Assembly (NCBI GenBank): GCA_015680685.1
Contig: MNCI01001543.1
Coordinates: 62,001-126,000, forward strand
Direction: 5' to 3'
Origin: Gnetum montanum
Lineage: Eukaryota > Plantae > Gnetophyta
Length of the DNA: 64,000 nt
Positions 13,720 through 25,436 of this stretch are shown in pieces. Position 1 is the first letter of the stretch. Each line of letters starts with the position of its first letter. The position numbers and the translations under genes were made by a program. Below the pieces are notes generated by a model. The model worked only from the letters and a program-made list of their open reading frames with translations, ran no database searches and was not told the DNA's origin.

Positions 13720-13970
13720 TTCTGGAATGACGTTAAACTACCAATCGTCTGGTACGACGTTAAACTACCAACGAATGTCTGCAATGAAATTAAACTAGCC
13801 ATGGTCAGAAATGTCTGGTTCATCTTGGAGTTTCCCAAAAATTGTTATCACCTTCAGCCCACTATGGCCTAAAACTAGTAATCCCTCATTCTCCTCTTTC
13901 AATATAGATGCGACAGTCCACCATGACTTTAAACTGAGGTGCATAGCCTGAAATGGCTTTAAACAAATAT
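13720..13970 (+). repeat. TAAACT-core repeats after the PR stop of A
   Basis: Three ~27-30 bp copies TCTGG..(T/C)GACGTTAAACTACCAA at 13720-13800, plus dispersed TGGCCTAAAACTAG and GACTTTAAACTG. Confidence 0.7.
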
Positions 13971-14369
13971 TCACAAACTGAGGTGTGATAGTTCACAAAT
14001 ATTCATTACATTATGTCGAATTTTTTTTAGATGTTACAAATTACAATTTCAATTCATGCATTTTCATTACTTTTATTTTTCAAATATTTGTTTTATGTTC
14101 TACTCTACATTTTAGAAACTCACTTTACATTCAGCTACATGCATATGGTTGTGATATACTTGAGAAAATTGGAAGAAAAATAATAGAAACATGGAAAAAG
14201 AAAAAAAATATTAAATGTAAAAGTGGCAATAGAATGCCACCATTTTATACTTCAATCAAATCCATGTCATTACATCAGTTTTCATACATTCCTATTAGGC
14301 ATTTGAAAATACAAAACATCTAATAGCTAAAGCCAAGCTAACAGTCAAACTCATGCATCAATACTAGGA

Positions 14370-17300
14370 AGGGGGCTGATCCTCAAGACCCTCTTCATCA
14401 TCTACTCTTGCTCTATTGGGGCCAGCTCCATCATTAACATGTTCCTATAACAAAGCAGAAAACAAAAAATAAATAGGTAAGAGTAGTAAAGCAAATCATA
14501 AATTTAAAAATAATAACACTAACAATGAAAACAACAAAACCATACAAAAATAAATGCCATAATAAAACACTCACAAGTGAGGAAGGCCTTGAGTTGACCT
14601 CCAAACACCATAGAATCTCCACCTCGAGCACATTTTCCCAAGCCTCATCCAAGCCAAGATCAATACCAGCCAAGGTTTTACCCTTGTCCAGGGAAGTCTA
14701 GGTAGGATGCTCAAGAGAGAACATGCCTATCAAACCTTCCCTGGAGGTAGTGGTAATGGCTCTCTCGGGAGATCCCTCCACCTCAGTGCACTTGACAAAC
14801 TTGTCATAAGTAGGCTGCAAGCCTAACCCATCTATGAACATCTCCATCTGGCGATGTTCAACTGATTCCTCCTTTAACCATTTCTTATATTGATGCTTGT
14901 GGTCCTTTTGGTCTTGGCCCCACTTCTGCACTTTTGCAGCAAAGGACTTCCAATCATGACATTTCCTGTTCAACAAATCCATCTCTACTATTTGTTCTGC
15001 CAAATCCCATGTCGCCTGTACTTTGCTATTCAAAACCATCCAGTAACATGCATAGGTGATTTCAGATGTACACCAAGTTCTATCACCAGACAGTCTAGCA
15101 GCAGCAAGATCATAACGAGACTGGATATCACTCTTCTCCTCTCTCTCCTTTACTAGTGCTTCCTTCAATGAGTGCACCTCATCCCATGGATACTCAACCA
15201 AATGCCTACAAGTCCAAAGAGACTTGGCATTCTGTATGATGCAACCGGTAACTGCATCATACACATTTCTAGGGACTTCCTCAATATTCCCTGGCAGTTG
15301 AGGGAGAGTATCAATGTGAGTAGCTTTAGAAGGATCCCACTGGAGCTTGGCACCTACAGGTGTAAGCACCACACACATGAATCACCTAAAATAAAAAATG
15401 AACACAAAGAAACACAAATAAAACCAAACACTTAGCATAATAGGCAATGTACACATACCTAGTTCTAGATGAGTTTCTTGTAGACGAGTGACCACATCAT
15501 TAATGATGCCCTTAACAAAGTCCATTTTGCTAGGCATCTCAAGCCATGGCCTTAGTTGGTCAGTTGATGTGGGACAAGCAGGGGAGGTCACCTCAATTGG
15601 AACCTATGATCCTGACACCTCTACCCAAGATGTATGTGCCTCAGAAATCTTCGCATCTACCTCTGATGCTAGAAATAATCAAGATAACCTGGAAAAACAC
15701 ATGAAAATTAAAGGATGCAAAACATGGATTAAGCTAAAAGGAACATACCAAAAAGCCCTCTCCTGTTTAGCTTGGGCAAATCACCAAGCTACAAAGATCC
15801 ATCAAAGAAATCATCGAAGACACCTCTTTCATCACTTGAATGCCTAAGTGCATCCAAAGCCTCCACAAGCTTCGTCCCCATGACGTTTGTCACATCTTCC
15901 TCTTGTGAGGTGGGAGGTTCTTCGATCATTTCTTCTCTTTCCTTCACCTCTTCCTCCAGCCTTGTGACAACCACCTCAGGATTAACCATTAGGGCCAAAG
16001 CCTCTCTCTCTCTCTCTCTCTCTCTTAGGATTTTCCTCTAATAATTCCAAAATCTTAGAGTTAGTATAACATAGTATATATAACATGTAGGCCAAAAACA
16101 ACAACAAAAATAATAAATATATAACAATAAAATAAACTACTTATCCTCCACTGGTAGTACAAATTGAATATTATTTGCCCTTGGTGGCATCAAATCTGGA
16201 GCAGGCTCTCTTGGGCATTCATTCCTCTTCACCTTCGTCTTGGACTTCCCAACAGTCTCACCAATCAAATGTTCAGCCCTTTTAACAGACATGAGCAGCC
16301 TAGGCAGTTCCAATCCCAAGCTATCATGGGAATGATGGGAACAGCTGGCCACACCTCAACTAGTAACTGATATTGATTCGTCAATGTCTTCTGGTGGGTC
16401 TTGGGATCTAGTGGTGCTAAAAAAATTATGAATCCAAGGGTGGGACAGTTGTGAACGGTCCCTCAAAATATAGCGATTATCATCATAAACTACTAGGAAC
16501 TCAGCAAACCTACGTAGGTACCCCGTGAAGAAAGAAAATGTGAAATGAGATTTAGCATGGATGTTTGAACATAACATGATGATCTCCCCATGAAAACTAG
16601 ATCCAAGAAACTATTCCCAGTTGTAGTACATTCCTATCTCCAAAATTGCACGAATGACATGTGCAGACTCAATTCCAAGGTTTCTTCCTTGGGAAAGAGA
16701 TTTGGGGAATGCCCGTGCCCGGAAGAGAGGATACAGGAAATTCATCGCCACTGATCAGGTATCATCTCGCATGGCAAAGCCCTTAGGACCCCGAGACATG
16801 CCTAACCACTCCTCCAGCTCTCTTATGACCTAACCCTCTTTAGCTTCTTTATCTATAGTCACCCTGGCATCATCCATGGGTACACCAAAAAGATCAGAAA
16901 GGAACTCAATGGTCAGGTGAAAACATACCTTGACTCCTCGAACCTGCATGGTGAAATGGAAAGCATCGTTACTAAAAGAATCAACAATGGTGATCATCTT
17001 AGTAGCCGGAATACTAGAAGTCAAAGCTGTGAACAAGTCCATCAGACCTACCTGGGTAAGGTGGCTGATGATCAAATTAGAAGCTCTCTTCTGCAACCAT
17101 TGTTGTGATTGCTCTACCTCCCCATATTTCATTAAAAGGGTGGCCTTAGTACACCCTGTTATAATAGTAACTTCTTCAGAGGTGATGGTTGTTGTAAAAA
17201 GCGAAATATAAAGTGAAGAGTTTAAAAGAAAACATAATACCCAAGGGTGCAACGAAAAAGAAAACAGAGTCTACAGTGTGGTCATTTACCATCAGTAAAT

Positions 17301-19428
17301 GGTGTAGGTGGGGTAGGTGCAGGATCAATTCTTTTAGGGAAAATTGGCCCCTTAGAAGACCAATCCTCATGTAACCTACCACGAGCCTAGCAGTGCTCAA
17401 ATACTCTTGAAACCTACCTATGGTAGTCAACAAGGGCCACCTTTGTCTGGTCCAACACCGCGGCATGAAAAATGGGGCCCACCATGAATATTTGTAACAC
17501 TGTGCACACTAAGGTAAGCCCACCATCATCATCATGCATCCCATGTTCATCAAAACAGGGCCTGCATGGGAAAACAACATTTACATTTAGATGATGACAT
17601 AAAATTTAAAAAGGAATCAAGAAGTAAAGTAAGGCACAAAGGAGCATACTTGTCCACTCTATATACTGTCCCAGGTGGAATCTGGAATACAGTGTGCACA
17701 TGGAGGGCTAGGAAAAGTGTGTTTCTGTTATTGTAATGAATACAAGTAGGTAGCTCCCACACACAAGTCAAGGGACATTTAGATCTAGGACCCTCAGCAA
17801 GGCCTCCCTCAACCCTAAAAAGTCCCTCATCAATATTAGTAATAAAGCCAAGCATGCCTTGTGTATACCCGGGCAACATTGTCTCGATGATATCACGAGC
17901 CAATTGTTTGCTCAGGTGAGACCATAGGACCACACTAAAATTTTGTAGGATGAATGAAAAAAAAACTAACATCGGGGTGAAACCATATCACATGGGGCCC
18001 AATGCGCATGTCATAGGGAGGCGTTTCTGGTCCAAAGAGGCCAAACCAAGCAAGTACACCAACAAGCTCAACTATGAGAAGAGAAGGTTTAGGTCCCCTG
18101 CACACAGCCAAAATATTAGGTAAGTAAAATTCTAAGTGCTAATGATTTAAATGCTTTAAATGCATAGCTTCACCCCATGAGTCAAGGACACCAATATCTA
18201 TTTAGTGTATCTGACGCTCACCGAGGTACATTGAAATCCATTTCACAATAAATCCACATAAAAGTACAGAACATAAGCACTCATTGAAGCAAGGTTTAAA
18301 TCATCCATCGTAGGAAACTAGCAAGTAATGGGCATCCAAGCAAACAACGCACGACTTCATATTTTAGCTCAAGCTGGGGCCTTTCCTAACAAACCCACAC
18401 TAGGTTCCCACATTTTAACTCACACTGGAACCTGGAAGCAAACTCACACTGGGTTCCCACATTCCAGCTCATGCCAGAACCTACAAGAAAACTCACACTG
18501 GTTTCCCACATTCCAGCTCATGCTGGGAACTTGAAACTTGCCTGGAACCCTTGCCCTGTGCACACGCTACCCAAGACCTTATGGTCATGTTGAAAACTCC
18601 CCTTCCCCCTATAATGCCACTCATGTTGATGTTTAGCTGCTCACATTGGGCCTATTTCCATAACTCACGCTACAGTTACCAAGTGACTCACGCTAGGACT
18701 ATCCCAGCAAAACCACGCCATCTCTCCCCAACACTCACACTGGTTTCCTACATCCCAACTCACGCTGAGAATTGGTAGCTCATGCTGCCCAGAGAAATTT
18801 GTGTTCAAATTTCCTAGGGCACAAGAAGAGAAAAAAAGCTTAATGTTGCCCAAGAACCTGGCAATCACGCTACCAACAGAAAAATAGTAGGCCTTCTTGG
18901 CCCACACTCATGTTGGCCCTTTCATTTCCCATACTCATGCTAGCCATTTCCTAGCCTGATGCCCAAGAAAGCTAAAAAAACCCCTACGGACCATGAAGCC
19001 CCAAAAACTTGAAAACCCAACCCACGCTGCCAGGAAGCCCTAAAAGCTCATGTTATCCAGGATATTTTTGGCACTCATGATACTCTTGCCTCAAAAAGAT
19101 GTAAAATGAAACAAAATATAACTTGCATTCATGCCCTGCACACATGCCCTGAGCACTCATGCTCATGTTGACACCACAAAAATCCAAAACAGCAAGCCAA
19201 AACAACCCAAAATTCCAGCAATAGAAATTCTACCCTATGTAACACTATCCACAAAATGGCAAAGAAAAGAAAAAGAAAAAAAATCTACCTGTGTAGGGCC
19301 CCATCCCACGTGGGAATCTTGGCTTGGGGGAGCAGTTGGAGAAGCTCTTCACTCTCCTCCACAAACACTAGATCTGCCAACCTCTTCCCTTTGTCTTGGC
19401 TTGCCTTTCCTTTGCCCTTGTCCTTCAT
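14370..19428 (-). pseudogene. Antisense ~8-exon accessory gene of A (NIF/FCP1-like HAD domain, transposon-associated domain, acidic tract, coiled coil)
   Basis: E1 19428-19289 (MKDKGKGK..., AG|GT phase 2) joins E2 18097-17650 in frame (GPKPSLLIVELVGVL...FILQNFSVVLWSH...YNNRNTLFL). E3 17561-17290, E4 about 17190-16141, E5 about 16030-15749, E6 about 15686-15458, E7 about 15353-14577, E8 about 14444-14370. Homologous to B, C and D. Confidence 0.8.
18390..18545. repeat. ~49 bp tandem repeat (x3) in intron 1 of the antisense gene of A
   Basis: ACTCACACTGG(G/T)TTCCCACATTCCAGCTCATGC-like units at about 18393, 18442 and 18491; a further copy near 18732. Confidence 0.75.
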
Positions 19429-20019
19429 GGTTGCCTTTCCTCACACTGACATTTATGCTATAGCTCACACTATACTCCTAGCTCACGCTACAATCTAAGA
19501 ACTCACACTAGCAAGAATGATGCTTCCTTACTTCAAAACCCCCTTTTAAACCCAAAACATTTTATTTTCTCTTATTTTATTTTATTCTATTTATTTAAAT
19601 TTACCATGTCTAATTTTTTTTTCATTTATGTCATCTTTATTTCATGTTAGCTTAGTATTTCTCCCTATTCTAGCCTCTGGAGATGAGGCCTAAAAAAAAT
19701 CATTATTATGCAAAGGAAGGGATGAAAAGTAAAATCAACAAAAAAATATATACATATATAAACATTTCAAAAATTCATAAAACTTTAAAGTCTCATAAAT
19801 TTATCATTCGTGCAAAATTTAAAAATAAAAAATGCTCTATGCGCTTAGCCCAAATGACAAGTCAACATGAATACTATCGGCCTGGTATGGCCTAAAATTG
19901 CCATCTGGCCTGGTACAGCCTAAAAATGCCATGACTACCACTGTGTATCCCGATTTTTTTAGTACATAGTTGAAATACCCTGTGTTTGTTTACATTTAGT
20001 AACTCTTTCGTCAAGGGGA

Positions 20020-20053
20020 TGTCTCTTACTTCGCTCTTGGTTTAAATTGGCAG
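20020..20053 (+). promoter_or_regulatory. Candidate 3' splice acceptor upstream of the pol ATG of A
   Basis: TCTCTTACTTCGCTCTTGGTTTAAATTGGCAG|GAGCAAGCACATGG; the ATG at 20064 is in frame with the ORF at 20217. Confidence 0.55.
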
Positions 20054-20063
20054 GAGCAAGCAC

Positions 20064-23000
20064 ATGGCCACCAAGAATATCCTTTCAACACTATCTCTCA
20101 GTGGACCATATAGGGAGGTAAAAAGGGCAATCAATCTAGAATCCTTGGGTCTAGACCCATCCATCTATACTAATTTAATAGCCTCCACTCAAGAAACGTT
20201 AGACTAGCCTAAAAATGTGACTAAGAGTTTGGATCTAGAAGCCAATAATATCACTCAAGATCCTCTGGTTGAAGTCCCCATTACTTCATTCAATGGTGAA
20301 GCTAGAACATTGAAATTAAGTGTCCTAATAGACTCACAACTTGTCAGTGACATCACTCAAATACTAAAAGATAACATAAAAACATTTTCTTGGTCATATA
20401 CCGACATGCCAGGATTAGACCCCCGAATCATCCAACATAACATCATTCTTGATGAAAAAATTAAATAGGTGAAGCAATAGGCATGAAAGGTTAGACCTAA
20501 GGTGGCTTTGGCAGTCCATGCTAAAATCACAAAGCTCTACCAGGTAGGTTTCATCCAGGCCATTGACTATTTCCATTGGGTATCAAATATTGTAGTAGTC
20601 CCTAAGAAAAATGGTAGTATATGCATATGCATTAACTTTTGTGATCTTAACACAGCCACTATAAAAGATGACTTCTTGCTACCTAGCATCAATCAACTTA
20701 TTGACATGACTGCTAGGCATGAACTATTATCCTTTATGGATGGATTTTCAGGATACAATCAAATAAAAATCAACCTGGAACATCAACTTTGAACAACTTT
20801 TATGATTCCTTGGGGCATATTCTGCTATACGATGATGCCATTTGGCCTCAAAAATGTAGGAGCTACATATCAATGAGGAATGACATATATATTTTTTGAT
20901 TACATGATCAATTTTCTCAATGATTATATTGACAATATCGTGGTTAAATCTAAAACAACTGAACAACATGCGAAAGATCTAGACCTAGTGCTTAAACGTT
21001 GTCTCAAATATGACCTTAGACTAAATCCAAAGAAGTGTGTCTTTGGTGTCAAAATGAGCAAGATGTTTGGTTTCATAGTCTCTGAAATAGGAATACAGGT
21101 AGACCCTAATAAGGTTAAGGCAATAACTAATATGCAATCACCAAAGAACCTTACCGAACTATGTGGTCTCCAAGATAGACTGTAGTTCATAAGGCACTTT
21201 ATCGAGAGGCTAACAAATACGTTGAGACCTATGTAGCACCTACTACAAAAGAATGTGCTTTTCCAATGGACTCAACAATGCCAAGAAGTGTTTGAGAACA
21301 TAAAGTAAGAACTAGCTCAACTACCAAAATTTTATCCTCCTCAAGGTGATAAACCCTTCTACATCTACCTTGCAACTTTCGATTCTTCCATCACATCCAT
21401 GCTTTGTCAAAAACATCAAGACGGAGTTGAAATCCCAATATATTACCTAAGCCATGCCTTGATTGACTATGAACAACGATACAATGAAGTAGAGAAATCA
21501 TGCCTCGCCCTCATCTTCACCTTGAAGAAATGACAGCATTATCTCTTTCGCAATCAAGTTTACATAATTTGCAAGAATAATGTACTACGTGCTATCACCG
21601 ACAACATCTACAAGTCGAGTAGGATAGCTAGGTGGAAAGCAATGATAGCAGAGTTTCACCTACACTATGTTGCTCAATCTTCTATAAAAGGTCAAGCAAT
21701 AGTCACATAGTTAACCATCTCGCCAACGCATGATCAAGCAACGATAAACCCTGAATTCCTTGACAAGAATGTTAATAGTATAGACATCATACCCGACAAC
21801 TACAAGGAAATCCTCTATTTCGATGGAGCTTCAACCTCCTGAGGAGGAAGTGCTATGACCATTTTAACATACCCCTCTGGAGAAATCCAACCCTTCACCT
21901 ACTGATTAACCTTTCCTTGTACTAATAACATGGTGGAATACAAAGGTCTTCTTAGAGGTCTTCAAGTAGCATTGACTTCAGGAATCTCACATTATGTAGT
22001 TTGAAGTGATTCACAACTAGTCATTAATCAAGTCACTGAGGTTTACACATGTAAGGCTCTCCATTTTCAACCATATTGTGATTTGACCAAACATCTTCTA
22101 AGGAAACTAGTAGAAACATATATACAACATGTCCCTAGGAGCAAAAACACCATCACTGATGCACTCGCTACATTAGCCTTAAACATGACACCTGAAATGT
22201 TCCATGTGTTGCCTAGCTCTATAACAAGTTGCGTTGAACATATAATTAACACTCTTGATGAAATACCTATAGCATATGTTAGCACAACACATGTAATAGA
22301 ATGGTACAATGAGATAAAAGAGTACCTTCTACAAGGTGAACCTTTGCAACATTTGACAAATGCTCAAAAAGACGCAGTAGGAAAATGCTCTCAGTAATAT
22401 GCATTAATAGGAGACACCTTGTGTTGAAAATACTACAAAGGAATTCTTTTGATGTGCATTAGTAGCATCGATGGTCAAAAAATTGTAGAACAAGTCCATG
22501 AAGGACTTTGTGGAGGGCACATTGCACCCAAAGTAATGACGACAAAGATTAGGCACTTAGGCTACTACTGGCCACACATGGAGTACGATTGCATCTCCAA
22601 GGTTAGAACATGTGACATTTGCCAAAGGCATGGTAACCTAATACACATGCCACCTAACGAATTTCACATAACACAAATCACATGACCATTCCAAAAATGG
22701 GGATTAGACTTAATTAGACCGATAACGCCATCATCCTCTGTGGGACATAGCTTTATTATCACTGCAACTGAATACTTCAAAAAATGGGCAGAAACTATTC
22801 CCCTTAGGAAGATCACTTCAAAACATATTTCCACTTTCATAATAGAAAATATCATGACCTGTTTTGGTATTTTGATGACCATCATTACTGAAAGTAGGCC
22901 ATAATTCAGTAGTGCAAATACTAAAAGCTTCTATGAAAGCCTAGGTATTAAACATGCATTTTCATCACCTTCCTACCCACAGAGTAATGGTCAAGAAGAG

Positions 23001-23539
23001 GCTATAAACAAAACTGTGATCATGGTGCTCAAAAAATTCTGAATCAGATCAAGAAATGATGGCATGAACAATTAGTTTACGCATTGTGGGCATACAAAAT
23101 GACACATCAAACATCTATAGGTAAAACTCCATATAGTCTTGTATATGGATCTGAAGTTGTTTTACCTTTAGAATTATAGGTTCCCTCGTTGCGGATAGCT
23201 CTCTTGGGCATCCTCAATGAAAATCAAAACAATGAGCTACACATTACTGACCTCAACTCAGTGGAGGAAGAACGTGTTTGAACACTTGATCAGATTGATT
23301 GGTACCAGAAACAACAGTGGCAATGACACAAACGTGACATGCATAAACGCTCGATTAAAGAAGGATACTTAGTCCTTAAGGCCTCCCGTGAACATCCAGA
23401 CAAATTCTCAAACAACTAGGAACGGCCTTATTTAGTCACCAAGGCATACAATAATGGAGCATTCAAACTTGCTGACATGAATGGAAATGAGTTTGCTAAT
23501 CCCATGAATCACTTGTACCTGAAACGGTACTATGTCTAA
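20064..23539 (+). pseudogene. pol: pol (RT-RH-aRH-INT) of A
   Basis: FSWSYTDMPGLD, WVSNIVVVPKKNG, SFMDGFSGYNQI, YIDNIVVKS, LNPKKCVFG; aRH YFDGAS..TNNMVEY; INT VHEGLCGGH..GYYWP..CDICQ. Confidence 0.93.
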
Positions 23540-23550
23540 TGAACATGAGG

Positions 23551-24230
23551 CACAGAAAAGTCCTGGAATTATGACTTAAAACTGATACCATAGAACAGTC
23601 CTGGCATTATGACTTAAAACTGATACCACAGAACAATCCTAGCATTATGACTTAAAACTGATACCATAGAATGGTCCTAGAATTATGACTTAAAATTGAT
23701 ACCACAGAATAGTCCTAGCATTATGACTTAAAAATGATACCATAAAAAAATCTTGGTATTATGAATTAAAATTGATACCACAAAACACTCCTAGCATTAT
23801 GACTTAAGACTGATACCATACAACAGTCCTAGCATTATGACATAAAATTGATACCACAAAACAGTCCTAGCATTACGACTTAAAACTAATACCACAGATC
23901 ACTCCTGGCATTACAACTTAAAACTAATACCACAGAACAGTCCTAGGGCTATGACTTCAAACTAGCACCATAGAGTGTCCTAGAGTCATGACATTAAACC
24001 AACATCATAGAGCTCTATCTAGTATGACACTAAAATGTCATATTTTTCTGCCATGACATAAAACTAGCACCCAGAGTCCACTAAGACTATAAACTTTTTT
24101 GCCTCTTTATAGTCTAGTACGACTATAAACTAGCAGTGCACTATCCACTACGATGCTAAACTGGCATCGTCCAAAGTGTTATGACATGAAACTAATCCAC
24201 AATAGTCCACTAAGACTATAAAGTGGCTAC
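23551..24230 (+). repeat. 38-bp tandem array (CAGAACAGTCCTGGCATTATGACTTAAAACTGATACCA), about 11-12 copies, then a degenerate tail
   Basis: TCCTGG at 23561 and 23599 gives period 38; regular to about 24000, then shorter GAC..TAAACT units. Confidence 0.92.
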
Positions 24231-25420
24231 ATCATCGATGGCCCAGCAATATTTGAAAATACATGTTGCTGTAATTGGTTGTACTTGTTCCACAAAGAAC
24301 CTTCTGCATAATTTGTCTCATAGATCTTATTGAGGCTGATGTTTTTTATGATGCTATTTTCTTTTAAATTGCACATGGTGTCTCCATATCCTTGTTTGCT
24401 TTCAGGTTTGAAGTGCTTAGCTAACCAAATCATTTGTGGTTTCCCTATCTCCTTGGAGTTGTGTTTGTAGGATGACATGCCTGACGCATTAGTGCATGGA
24501 TGCATTTCATTATCACAACAAGGTATCACATTCTTCCTAAGGCCTGCAACTGGGTTAATCAATCCGTTCATAAGTACATTCCCAGCTCCTAATGCATTCC
24601 CCATTTTCCATCATGTTCCCTTTATCCTATTCAATTACACTCCTAGATACTCCTCCCAAAACCCTTGATACATTGTTGCACACTGTAACTCTCCAAGAAG
24701 TTGCAATGCAAAACACAGTACACGCTACATGATACAAACATAAGCACATGAGCACGAGCATAGCACTAAAAGCAAGCTCATTCAAAAAGACCCAAAGTAA
24801 AATAAAAGAAAAAGAAAAAGTAAAACAAAAGAAAAAGAAAAAAAACAAACAATAAAGAAAAGTAAAAAGAAGAAAAAAAAGGTTAAAGAGAAAAAATGCA
24901 CAGAAAAGGTCTTGATGACCCCATGGACATCTCGGATCAAAGACCATTGGCTCTTCTCATACAAGCCCCAGGTGAGAAGGCAATTGTCTTGGAAAAAATA
25001 GTTAAACTCATGTCTCAAACGATCATGTTGCACATCATTGCGTGGCTTTGGTTGTTTACAATGGGCTCCCATAAACACTCTATGAAAGTCCTGTTTCTCC
25101 AAAGAATGCACCTCCTATGTCTGGGCCCCGAGTCTGCTGAACACTGGCTATTGACAATGACCAAAGATATAGCTCATTCACGTGAGATCATTCCTCTCCT
25201 ACAATTTCGATAGCAATTATAACCCTTGATCAACTCTTGGCTTCCCCTAGTTACAACCAATCTCCTCACATCTTGAACTACATCCCCTCAATCCCATGTA
25301 CTTTTGAAAATGGTGCGATGACATCCAGCCAAGGGTTGACAGATAATGCTTGGTACTTGGTTGTTCATGGGGTTTTTCACTTCTTTGTTGATGCCTCTTG
25401 GGTGGATTCCTACAGATGTC

Positions 25421-25436
25421 AACAAAGAGGGACCAA
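25421..25436 (+). promoter_or_regulatory. Polypurine tract of A
   Basis: AACAAAGAGGGACCAA abutting the 3' LTR. Confidence 0.82.

Noticed and set aside
14370-19428. Accessory gene as a host gene or a separately inserted DNA transposon
   Set aside because: It has the same position and orientation inside the LTRs of three distinct families, and no TIRs, TSD or DDE motifs were seen.
23400-23560. Chromodomain after integrase
   Set aside because: INT stops right after the GPY/F region in all three elements.
23551-24000. 38-bp array as a CRISPR
   Set aside because: Units are contiguous with no unique spacers, there are no cas genes, and the context is a eukaryotic retrotransposon.
24627-25111. 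Hydrophobic Phe-rich ORFs (also 29632-30148 and 46529-46769) as env-like or membrane proteins
   Set aside because: They are translations of A/T-rich UTR or LTR tracts and are not conserved as frames across families.
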